Shown here in pieces: positions 48,689 to 57,673 of a DNA stretch of 64,000 bases (within the stretch, counting starts at the first letter, position 1; the number at the start of each line of letters is the position of its first letter). The stretch is from positions 349,943 through 413,942 of the forward strand of contig CAWAHW010000006.1 of NCBI GenBank assembly GCA_963781885.1. Reading direction: 5' to 3'. The position numbers and the translations under genes are program-made. Below the pieces are notes generated by a model. It saw nothing but the letters and a program-made list of their open reading frames with translations. It did no database searches and was not told the origin of the DNA. This stretch comes from an uncultured Spirochaetota bacterium (GTDB lineage Bacteria > Spirochaetota > Spirochaetia > SZUA-6 > Fen-1364).

Positions 48689-49195
48689 ATGGAATCGACA
48701 AAAGGACAGACGGACATGAACGATCTTCGTCAGTTCATCAGTTTCTCGGTGGGCGAGGAGGAGTACGGGCTGGAGCTTCTGCGCGTGAAGGAAGTCATCC
48801 GCATCCGCGAGATCACCTGGCTGCCGAAGGCGCCGACCTTCGTGAAGGGCATCATCAACCTCCGCGGCGACGTGATCCCCATCATCGACCTGCGCGACAA
48901 GTTCGGCCTCCCCGCGAAGGAGAACACCGCCATGACGCGCGTGATCGTCGTCGAGGTGGAAGGCCGGCTCATGGGCATGGTGGTCGACTCGGCGAGCCAG
49001 GTCGTGCGGATCCCCGCCGACCAGATCGATCCGCCGCCACCGGTGCTCGGCGGCTTCTCCCAGGAGTTCATCACGGGCGTCGGCAAGCTGGAGGACAAGC
49101 TCGTGATCCTCCTCAACATCGACGCCATCCTCACGGTGGACGAGATACAGGCGCTCACCACCCTCGACAAGACACTCGCCCCGGCGAGCGCCTAG
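48689..49195 (+). CDS. cheW: Chemotaxis coupling protein CheW
   Basis: F....EYG....VKEVI, GIINLRG.VIPIIDLR, G..VD. Confidence 0.95.
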   Translation: MESTKGQTDMNDLRQFISFSVGEEEYGLELLRVKEVIRIREITWLPKAPTFVKGIINLRGDVIPIIDLRDKFGLPAKENTAMTRVIVVEVEGRLMGMVVDSASQVVRIPADQIDPPPPVLGGFSQEFITGVGKLEDKLVILLNIDAILTVDEIQALTTLDKTLAPASA

Positions 49196-49216
49196 GAATC
49201 GTCCACGAGCTCCGTC

Positions 49217-52200
49217 ATGACGCAGACTTCCCCCGCGGCGCCGCCCGCCGGGCTTGCGGGCGCCGAGACACCCTCGGTCGCCGTCGAGCCGCTTCTCACC
49301 GCGCACCGTCTCCTGGAGACGCGCCCGGGGCATCCGAAGGGCCTGGAGTTCCTCCACGTCGATCTTTTCGACGCGCGCCTGCCGGTGTCCCTGTCCGCGC
49401 TCGCCGCCGTGCGGGTGCTCGCCGACGCGCGCAGTTTCCCGTACGTCGCGCGACTCACCGGCAGCGCAAACGAGGAGGTGCAGTGCGCCGCGGTCCGGGC
49501 CCTCGGGGGCATCCGCCACGCCGACGGGCCCCGTCTCCTGCTCGACCTCCTGAAGGCGACGCGCAGCGAGAAGCTGCGCCGCGAGATTCTCGGGGCGCTC
49601 TGCGACGCCGCGCCGCAGGACAAGCAGACCGCGGAGATCATCCGCCGCGCCGCACGGACGCCCATGGGGTCCGCGAGCGCGCGGGCGCACGCGGCGGGGC
49701 TCCACCTGCGCCTGGGCGGCGGGGTCGCCCTCGAAGAGCTGCTCCTCGACGCGCGGGAGGAGATGCTCGATCAGATCCTGTCCTCCGCCGCGGAGGACGC
49801 CTCCCTTGCCCCGCGCACCGTCGCGCATTGCGCCGCGCTGTACGCGCGGCTTCCCGCGCACCAGCGGGCCTCCCTCGTGACGCTCGCCGCGCGCCAGGAC
49901 CTGCCGGAATCCAGCGCCCTGCTCTGCGATTCGCTTGCGGACCCGCACGCCGAGGTCCGGCGCGCGGCATATGCCGCGCTCGGCACGGCGCCCCACCAGG
50001 CCGCGTGGGCGCCCGCCGTCATCGCGAAGATGTCCGTGAGCGTGGAGTCCAACCCGGCGCTGGAAGATGAGGCGCATCAGGCGATCACCCGGCTCGCCCA
50101 GCTCCCCGACGTGCAAAAGACGGTTCCGCCGGACGTGCGCGCGGGGCTGCTCGGCCGCATCGGCGAGCTGTACCGGCTCCTCTCCACGGAAGGTCGTCAC
50201 GTGTCGAGCGACACCCATGAGCTGGGGTGGCTCATCACGCGCAGCAAGGAATACGTCGAGTATTACTGCGACGACGACCTGAAGGCCTCCCTCATGCGGT
50301 GGCTGAAAGGCACCAGCACGGACACCGCCGAGGGTCTCCTCAAGCAGCTGAAGGCAACCGCCGTGCGGGTGGAGGTCCGGCACTTCGACGGCTACAACGC
50401 CGTTGCCGATCTCATCAAGAACCCCAAGAGGACCGGCATCGCCCTCGTGGCGCGCGAGCTCGCGCTGGCAAAGACGGGCAAGAGCCGGCAATTCTGGCAG
50501 CTTGTCCGCGCCCTGCGGCTCGCGACGGTCTTTCTTACCCCGTCCGCCTCCGCCCCCGATCGACAGCTCGTCAAGGGAATCTACACCTGGGCACGGCAGG
50601 AGAAGCTGTACCGGCTGGCCGAGGCGGGGCTCTGCGCTCTGGCGAAGGTCGACGCTCCGGCCGCCGAGGCTGCCTGCATCGAATGCCTCGGGCTCCCGCT
50701 TGCGAGCAAGGTGCTCGCCATCGCCTCCCTCCACCTCCTGCGCGAGATGCACATCGAGCTGCTGGAGCCCTCCGCGACGCGTCTCCTCGCCTCGCAGGAC
50801 GATCCCTACGTGACCCTGAACGCCCTGGAGGTGCTTTCCGCGGCGCCGCCGTCCTCCAGCCCCGAGCTTGCCAAGGCGCTCCTCACGCGGCTCTCCCTCG
50901 CGGGCAGCCGCGAGGTGCGGGAGGCCGTGGCCGCATTTCTGGGAGACAAGATGACGCTCGACATCACGGAGGGCCTCAAGGAGCCTTCCCTGTCGGGCGA
51001 CGACGCGCTGCGCGCATCGTCCCTTTCCATCCTGAACCGCAGGATCGCCGCCGGGCAGGTGGCGAATCGGGACGGCACGGTGGAGTTCCTCTACCGCGTC
51101 CTGCGGGGCAGTCACGAGCCCAGCCGCCGATCGGCCGCCCTCATGCTCTGGGCGATGGGCGATGACTACGCGCTGGAGGTGCTGCGGGATTTCCTCGCGA
51201 CGGGGACGGACGAAGCGACGATCGACATCCTCCGCAGGCTCGCCGGCAACCTGCGCGAGCCCCTCGTCACGGCGCTCGGCCCCCTTTTCGCCAAGCCGGG
51301 CGCGCCGCTGCACGCGGCGCTGCGCGACGTGCTCCTCCCGGCGGAAGACGCCGTGCGTGCGCGCGGCCTCGAGCTCGCGCTGCAGCTGCGCGGCGGGACG
51401 GCCGACGAGGAGGACGAGGCGGACGCGGCCCTGCCCGACGACGAGGCGCCGGCGGTCGAGGTTCGCACCGAGCGTTCCACGTTCCAGTTCGAACGGGAGA
51501 ACATGCAGGAGCTCGTCATGTTCTTCTCCGACATCGTCGGCTATTCGAAGAAGGCGCAGGTCCTCGCTCCCATGCAGCTCTCCGCGCTCATCCAGGAGTA
51601 CGAAAAGATCCTTCTCACGCACATCGAGGCGCACGAGGGGGAGCTCGTGAAGCGCATGGGCGACGGCCACATGATCGTCTTCCACGAGCCCCTTCCCGCG
51701 GTGCTCGCGGCCATTCGCCTGCAGAAATCGCTGCGGCGCTTCAACCGCTACCGCGACGAGAGCACGCGCGTGGTGATTCGCATCGGCATCCACAGCGGGA
51801 AGGTCGTGCGCAAGGCGGAAGGCGACGTCCTGGGCAACGCGGTGAACATCGCCTCCCGCCTGGAATCCTCCGCACCCCCCGGCTCGATCCTCATTTCCGA
51901 GCAGGTGCAGGCGAAGGTGAAGGACGCCGTGCACGCGCGGGAGATCGGCCACATCACGGTGAAGAACATCTCCGAGCCCATCAAGGTCTTCGAGCCGTAC
52001 GAGATCGTGCTCGATCTCCCCGCGGAGCTCGATCCCCTGAAGCGCGCGAAGACCTCCCGCTCCGATGCGACGGCAAGCCCCGGGATGGTCACGCTCGATC
52101 GGGAGACCTACGCCGAGCTCATCCGTTGCTTCTCCTCCCTCATCGCGGTGTGCAAGACGGCTGTGGATGGGCATGTGCCGGTGGCGCGCCTGAGCGAGCA

Positions 52201-52321
52201 GGTCCTGTCCCGGTGGAGCAAGCTCAGACCGCGCCTGCCGGGATGCTCGGCGGCCACTGCGGGTGGCATTCCGGCGGCCACTGCTGGTGGCATTCCGGCG
52301 TCGAAGAAGGGGCTCGCATGA
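49217..52321 (+). CDS. Large helical (HEAT/ARM-like) repeat protein with a class III adenylate cyclase domain
   Basis: C-terminal FSDIVGYS, VK..GDG, RIGIHSG, GDVLG..VNIASRLES; ~750-aa Leu/Ala-rich N-terminus (AAVRALG, AEVRRAAYAALG). Confidence 0.8.
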   Translation: MTQTSPAAPPAGLAGAETPSVAVEPLLTAHRLLETRPGHPKGLEFLHVDLFDARLPVSLSALAAVRVLADARSFPYVARLTGSANEEVQCAAVRALGGIRHADGPRLLLDLLKATRSEKLRREILGALCDAAPQDKQTAEIIRRAARTPMGSASARAHAAGLHLRLGGGVALEELLLDAREEMLDQILSSAAEDASLAPRTVAHCAALYARLPAHQRASLVTLAARQDLPESSALLCDSLADPHAEVRRAAYAALGTAPHQAAWAPAVIAKMSVSVESNPALEDEAHQAITRLAQLPDVQKTVPPDVRAGLLGRIGELYRLLSTEGRHVSSDTHELGWLITRSKEYVEYYCDDDLKASLMRWLKGTSTDTAEGLLKQLKATAVRVEVRHFDGYNAVADLIKNPKRTGIALVARELALAKTGKSRQFWQLVRALRLATVFLTPSASAPDRQLVKGIYTWARQEKLYRLAEAGLCALAKVDAPAAEAACIECLGLPLASKVLAIASLHLLREMHIELLEPSATRLLASQDDPYVTLNALEVLSAAPPSSSPELAKALLTRLSLAGSREVREAVAAFLGDKMTLDITEGLKEPSLSGDDALRASSLSILNRRIAAGQVANRDGTVEFLYRVLRGSHEPSRRSAALMLWAMGDDYALEVLRDFLATGTDEATIDILRRLAGNLREPLVTALGPLFAKPGAPLHAALRDVLLPAEDAVRARGLELALQLRGGTADEEDEADAALPDDEAPAVEVRTERSTFQFERENMQELVMFFSDIVGYSKKAQVLAPMQLSALIQEYEKILLTHIEAHEGELVKRMGDGHMIVFHEPLPAVLAAIRLQKSLRRFNRYRDESTRVVIRIGIHSGKVVRKAEGDVLGNAVNIASRLESSAPPGSILISEQVQAKVKDAVHAREIGHITVKNISEPIKVFEPYEIVLDLPAELDPLKRAKTSRSDATASPGMVTLDRETYAELIRCFSSLIAVCKTAVDGHVPVARLSEQVLSRWSKLRPRLPGCSAATAGGIPAATAGGIPASKKGLA
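52248..52300 (+). repeat. In-frame 24-bp repeat x2.2 (AATAGGIP) at the cyclase C-terminus
   Basis: Units CGGCGGCCACTGCKGGTGGCATTC, same family as the cheA repeat. Confidence 0.85.
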
Positions 52322-53722
52322 ACGGCGCGCGCCCGGCGGGTCACGGGATGATGGCACACCTCCTGGCGAGGATATGCGGCAGGGACGGCGCCGGCGGCGC
52401 CGAAGGCCCCGCGTCGCGCGCGCCGGACCAGGTGCGCCTGCTGGATTCGCTCAGTCGGATGGCGGGCGGAGTGGCGCACGATCTCAACAACATCCTCCTC
52501 GTGGTCCAGGGATATACGGAGATGGCGCTCGCCGAGCCCGACGCCGGACCGTCCACCCGCGCCCTCCTGGCCGAGGTGAAGGACGCGGCCGCGCGCGCCT
52601 CCGTGCTCGTGCGTGAGCTTCTCGTGCTGGGCCAACGCGGCCCCTTCTCCCCGCGGCTGCTCTCGCTGGACGAAGCCATCCTCCATCACCTGCCGATGAT
52701 GACGAACGCGGCCGGAGAGGCAATCGAGGTCCGCCATTTGCCCGGGCAGGGATATTCCCATGATCGTCGCGGATGAAGAGCTCGTCGGTCTGCTCCTGAA
52801 AGCCCTCTGTCTCCGCGCGCGCGAATCGTCGCCCAAGGGCGGCAGCATCACGATCGCCACCGTGGTGCGCCCGGCCGCGGGGGCCGACGACCCTTCCTCA
52901 GATGGCTTCCGCGGCGAGCAGGTCGTTCTTCGCGTGTCGGACACGGGCACCCCCATGACCGAGGAGGCGAAAGCGCGGCTCTTCGAGCCCTATCTTGCCT
53001 CGCCGACCGGCGGAAAAGGCACCGGGCTGGGCATGTCGATCGCGTACGCGGCGGCCCGACGGCTGGGCGGACAGATCGAGCTTGAGCGCTCGTCCGTGGA
53101 AGGCACCGTATTCACGTGCGCGTTCCCTGCCCGTCGGGCAACCGGAGAATCGCCAGGAGCGGCCGCCGGAATGCCGCCAGGAGCGGCCGCCGGAATGCCG
53201 CAACCGCGCCAGCAGCGCGAGGGAGCGGCCGCGGAATCCGCCCCGGCCGATGTGAGCGGCGCGTTCCCGCTCGCCGCCGCGCGCATCGATCGCGAGTCGG
53301 CTGCGGAGACCACAGAGAGGTCGCCGACAACCGCCGGAGGCGCGTCCGCCGCCGATGCGGTGACGATCCTCGTCGCCGAGGACGACGCGGGAATACGCGC
53401 GCTGGCAACGAAGATCCTGTCCCGGGAGGGTTATCGGGTTCTTTCCGCCGGTGACGGCGAGCAGGCCGTGGAGCTTTTCGAGCGTGAGGCGGACAGGATC
53501 AGCCTCGTCGTTCTGGACGACGTGATGCCCCGCATGGGCGGCCGTGCCGCCCTCGACCTGATGCGCAGGAATGCCCCCGACCTTCCGGCCATCCTCTGCA
53601 GCGGATACACGTGGCAGCTCGACGGCGGCACGCCACCCGGTGCCGGGTTCTCCCGGGTTCTCACCAAGCCATGGCAGCCGCTGGAGCTCCTGCGCCGGGT
53701 CCGCGAGGGCCTGGGTGCATGA
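52318..53722 (+). CDS. Sensor-less hybrid histidine kinase (HisKA-HATPase-REC), apparent +1 frameshift near 52745
   Basis: AGGVAHDLNN in the first frame; DTG, LFEP, GTGLG and REC in the second frame. Confidence 0.7.
53151..53198 (-). repeat. In-frame 24-bp repeat x2 (PGAAAGMP), reverse orientation of the cheA/cyclase repeat
   Basis: Units CGCCAGGAGCGGCCGCCGGAATGC; the reverse complement reads GCATTCCGGCGGCCGCTCCTGGCG. Confidence 0.8.
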
Positions 53723-55253
53723 GCACCGGCGTACGGATCCTCTACATCGAGGACGACCCGGGTCTCTCACGGCTGGTGCGCGCGAAACTGGAGGCGGAAG
53801 GATACCGCGTCGAGATTTACGCCACGGGCCAGGAAGGGCTTGCCGCTTTCGACGAGGCCCTCCACGACCTCGTGATCGTTGACTACCAGCTCCCCGACTC
53901 GAACGGGCTGCAGGTGCTCGCGACGCTCATGGCCCGCGGCGCCACCATCCCGGTGATCATCGCCACCGGCGCGGGCTCCGAGGAGATCGCCGTGCGCGCG
54001 ATGAAGCTCGGCGCCGCCGACTACATCAACAAGGAGACCTACAGCAAGTTCTTCCATCTCCTGCCGTCGCTCATCGAAAAGACGATGCGGCAGCACGAGC
54101 TTGCGCGGCAGAAGCAGCGCGCCGAGACCGAGCTGCGCGAGAGCGAGGAGAGGCTGCGCTCCATCCTCGCCTCGATCGACGACGCGGTGCTCGTCACGGA
54201 CAAGGCGGGCATGTTCGTCGCCGCGCGCGCCCCCGCGCGCCGGGCGGGGCGGCCGCGGCCTCGCGGGACTGGATCGGGTCCACGTTCCGCGACGTCTTCC
54301 CCGCCGCGGTCGCGGCCCATTTCGAGGCTGCATTCGCCGCGGTGCAGGCGCATGACCGGGTGGAGCAGTTCGACTACTCGATGCCGTCCGACGGCACGGA
54401 CACCTGGTTCAACGCCAAGGTGTCGCCGCTGAAGGACATGCACCGCGCCTTTGCCGGCGTGACGATCGTCGCGCGGGACATCACCGTGCGCAAGCAGGCG
54501 GAGGACCAGCTCCGCCTCGCGTCGCTCGCCGCCGACGCGGCCAGCAGGGCCAAGACGGACCTCCTGGCCGGCATGTCCCACGAGCTGCGCACGCCGCTCA
54601 CCGCGATCATCGGCTACGCGGAGATACTCTTCTACGAGTACTTCGGCTCCGTGAACGAGCGCCAGAAGCAGCAGCTGGACATCATCCTCCAGTGCTCCCG
54701 GCACCTCCTGGACCTCATCAACGACATCCTGGACATCTCCAAGATCGAATCGGGAAAGACCGAGCTGGAGCTGTCCTCCGTCAACATCAGCTCCCTCATC
54801 GACCATACGCTCGTGCTCCTCAAGGAGACGGCGGCCCGGCGGAAGATCCGGATCAGCGCCCACACTCCCCCCGAGCTCTCCACCCTGCTTCTGAGCGCGG
54901 ATGAGCGCCGGGTGAAGCAGGTCCTCTTCAACCTTCTTTCCAATGCGTTGAAGTTCACTCCCGAGGGGGGGGACATCACGGTGCATACGTTCACCCGGGA
55001 GGCGACGCTCGCCATCAGCGTGACGGACAACGGGATCGGCATACCTCCCGCCGAGCTGGAGAGGATCTTCGACGCTTTCTACCAGGTGAAAGGCCGTCCG
55101 TCCTCGACGAAGGCGACGGGATCCGGCCTGGGGCTGTCACTGGCGCGGCAGATCGTGGAGCTGCACGGGGGGCGGATATGGGCGGAAAGCCCGGGTGAGG
55201 GCAAGGGCAGCACCCTCACCTTCACATTGCCCCTGTCCCGGCCTGCGTATTAG
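53719..55253 (+). CDS. REC-PAS-histidine kinase (frameshift near 54250)
   Basis: N-terminal REC, PAS, MSHELRTPL, QVLFNLLSNA.KF, DNG.GI, GSGLGL. Confidence 0.8.
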
Positions 55254-55278
55254 GCCACCGGCGAACGCGGGAGCGGAC

Positions 55279-55617
55279 TCAGCAGCAGCCGCCCTTGCCG
55301 GCGGCGACGCGCTCTCCCGTCGGCCCGCAGGACACGGATGCGCCGCCGCAGCCGCAGGTGGGCGCGGTGCCCCGCAGCATGCCGCCGATGATGGCGGCGG
55401 CGCATCCGACACCCGCCGTCACGCGCAGCGCCCCGAAGGCGCAGTTGCGGGCGCAGGCGCCGCATTCCATGCATGCCCCGCGGTCCCGTATCTCCACTTT
55501 CCCGTCGCTCATGGCAAAAACCGCGTGGGGACACACCTCGATGCATTCCCCGCAGCCGGTGCAGGAATCGGCATCCAGCACGAGCGTCTCTCCGTTTTTC
55601 ATGTACCGTAACTGCAT
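55279..55617 (-). CDS. hgcB: Mercury methylation ferredoxin HgcB
   Basis: Two 4Fe-4S motifs (CTGCGECIEVCPH; CMECGACARNC), GVGCA and a Cys-rich tail ending in CC; directly downstream of hgcA. Confidence 0.92.
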   Translation of the reverse strand: MQLRYMKNGETLVLDADSCTGCGECIEVCPHAVFAMSDGKVEIRDRGACMECGACARNCAFGALRVTAGVGCAAAIIGGMLRGTAPTCGCGGASVSCGPTGERVAAGKGGCC

Positions 55618-55638
55618 TGCACGTCTCCCTTTGCCGTC

Positions 55639-56730
55639 CTAGAATCCCGCGATCCGCGCTGCCACGGAAAGCCCAATGCCCGCCGCGAGCGACGCGATCA
55701 TCGGGATGAGCCCGCGCCGGACTTCCAGCGCCGCCCCCGGTTGGCAGGTGAATGTCGATGAGCCGGTGAAGTTCATCGCAATGAAGGCCGTCATCGGCGC
55801 TCCCGCCAGCACGAGCCCGGCTGCCGCAACCGGCGTGACGCCGGCAACGAGGGCCGCGGCCGCCGCCCACACGATGCCGAGCAGCGCTCCTTTCAGCGCA
55901 AACGCGCGGAACGGCACCCAGGGCAGAAGCGCGGGGAAGGCCAACGCCCCGACGAGCACCGAGCCGAGGAGCGGTAGGAAAGTCCCGAGGAATCTCGCCC
56001 CGTATCCCGCGGCAGCAGGCAGGGCGAGCAAGGCGGCGCCTCCCAGGATGGCAAGCAGGAACGGCCATGCATGGGCAAGCTCCGCCGGGGCGATGCGCAT
56101 CCGCTCGTGAAGCCGGAAGGTGACCTTGCGCATCGCATCGTCCTTCCTCTGGCCCGCGGCGAGATAGGCCGGGAGGTCTTCCGCGCGAACGGGTCCGTAC
56201 TTCACGTGGAAGCCCGTTGCCTTGCGCACCTCGTGCGCGGCAACCCCCGGCGCGCCGAGCTGGGGCAGGATGACGGTCCTGTGCGACACGATGCGGCCCA
56301 GATTCACCGCCGCGATCCTGTCGATCAGCTCCGCCGTGCCGAAGGTGCCCTTACCGGCCGCGCACCAGACGTTGACGCCGCGGGTGTCCAGCACGAGGAT
56401 CCAGGCATCGATGCCCGCCAGCTCCGCGCGCAGACTGTCGAACGTGAGCTTGTAGTTGGCCGTCACGAGCACCGGCGATTCCGGCGACGGCTTTCCAACG
56501 GCGTAGACGCCGGGCAGGACCGTGTAATTCATCCTGCCGATGTCCCAGCGCACCCTCCACCCGCCGAGCACGTCCGCCCGCGCCAGGCGCGTGGACACCG
56601 CCGGCACGCGCCGGTCCGCGGCAGGGACGGACCCCGTCACCCAGGGACGCCGCCCGGCCGAGACGTCCTGCAGCCCCATCACCGCGCCCTGCGCGCGTCC
56701 ACCATCCTGTGCCATCCATGTCTCCTTCAT
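55639..56730 (-). CDS. hgcA: Mercury methylation corrinoid protein HgcA
   Basis: Cap-helix NVWCAAGK, TANYKLTFD, PQLGA.GV, GPVRA.DL, C-terminal TM helices with NFTGSST.T. Start 56730 or 56715. Confidence 0.95.
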   Translation of the reverse strand: MKETWMAQDGGRAQGAVMGLQDVSAGRRPWVTGSVPAADRRVPAVSTRLARADVLGGWRVRWDIGRMNYTVLPGVYAVGKPSPESPVLVTANYKLTFDSLRAELAGIDAWILVLDTRGVNVWCAAGKGTFGTAELIDRIAAVNLGRIVSHRTVILPQLGAPGVAAHEVRKATGFHVKYGPVRAEDLPAYLAAGQRKDDAMRKVTFRLHERMRIAPAELAHAWPFLLAILGGAALLALPAAAGYGARFLGTFLPLLGSVLVGALAFPALLPWVPFRAFALKGALLGIVWAAAAALVAGVTPVAAAGLVLAGAPMTAFIAMNFTGSSTFTCQPGAALEVRRGLIPMIASLAAGIGLSVAARIAGF

Positions 56731-57209
56731 TCGTCCTCGTCTGCCGCGCAGCAGGCGGAGTCCGGTTGCGTCCGCATCCGGTGCATCGCTTCCGCCAGTA
56801 TCGACACCGACGCGATGACCGCCTTCCTCTTTGCCGCGGGGATGAAATCGAAAAGCCGGCGATAGGAGGCGTCGCAGGAGGTGTCGATCGTCTCCGCCTT
56901 CTGCCTTCCCAGTGTCGTGAGCCCGATCACCTGCTGGCGCCTGCTCGCAGGATCGCCCTGTCTGCTGAGCAGCCCGGCACGGACCATGATGTCCACGGTA
57001 CGGCTGAGGGTGCTCTTGTCCAGCTCCAGCGCCGCGGCGAGCCTCGTGATGGACGTCGTTCCGCGCTGCTCGACCTCCAGGAGGAGGTGGCATTGCGCGA
57101 AGGTCACGCCGCAGCATCCGGCGTCGGCGGAAAGGGAGAAGACCACCTCCCTTTCCAGCGTGCGCAGGTCGCAGCGAAAGCCCCTGATGATGCCCCGCGA
57201 TGTCTCCAT
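56727..57209 (-). CDS. Cys-rich MarR-family transcriptional regulator
   Basis: LA..L.LDKSTLSR.V, D.R....LT..G; CC...QC near the N-terminus and CC near the C-terminus; ATGA overlap with hgcA. Confidence 0.85.
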   Translation of the reverse strand: METSRGIIRGFRCDLRTLEREVVFSLSADAGCCGVTFAQCHLLLEVEQRGTTSITRLAAALELDKSTLSRTVDIMVRAGLLSRQGDPASRRQQVIGLTTLGRQKAETIDTSCDASYRRLFDFIPAAKRKAVIASVSILAEAMHRMRTQPDSACCAADEDE

Positions 57210-57221
57210 TCCCGCCCTTCA

Positions 57222-57268
57222 AGTTGTGAGTTGCAATGATTGTACTCTGCAACAGTTGTATTGTCAAT
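57222..57268 (-). promoter_or_regulatory. Sigma70 promoter of marR-hgcAB overlapped by RTTG-N6/7-CAAY palindromes
   Basis: Minus strand TTGACA-N17-TACAAT (57267-57239) carrying ATTGACAATACAAC, GTTGCAGAGTACAAT and ATTGCAACTCACAAC. Confidence 0.75.
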
Positions 57269-57343
57269 CGTTTTGCGCAACCTTGTTTGGAAGGGCGCGA
57301 CAAAAGGTTTTCCTGCGCCGATGTGAAACATTATATTCCAGGC

Positions 57344-57673
57344 ATGGCAGCCGAGGAGCACACCCTTGAGGCGCTGTGTCCTTCGGTCGAGCGCGCCTTC
57401 GAGGTGCTCACCCGCAAATGGACCGGTCTCATCATTCGCGAGTTGTCCGGTGGGTCCCGCCACTTCTGCGACCTGGAAAAGGGGATTCCCGCCGTGAGCG
57501 CCCGCATGCTCACGGAGCGCATGAAAGAGCTGGAGGCGGAGAAGGTCATCACGCGCACCGTCCTTACCGGTTCTCCCGTGCGCGTCGTCTACGATCTCAC
57601 GGACAAGGGGCGGGCGCTCGTTCCCATCATGCACGGCATCGAGGTCTGGGCCCACCAGTGGTCAAAGGAATGA
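57344..57673 (+). CDS. HxlR-family winged-helix regulator
   Basis: CP.......L..KW...I, F..L...IP.VS..ML..R.KELE, P..V.Y.LT.KG..L.P. Confidence 0.88.
   Translation: MAAEEHTLEALCPSVERAFEVLTRKWTGLIIRELSGGSRHFCDLEKGIPAVSARMLTERMKELEAEKVITRTVLTGSPVRVVYDLTDKGRALVPIMHGIEVWAHQWSKE

Noticed and set aside
48605-52357. 1250-aa minus-strand ORF
   Set aside because: Antisense shadow of cheW and the cyclase gene.
55639-56730. CO dehydrogenase/acetyl-CoA synthase gamma subunit instead of HgcA
   Set aside because: It has the Cys-containing NVWCAAGK cap, a C-terminal TM domain and an adjacent HgcB, with no other Wood-Ljungdahl genes nearby.
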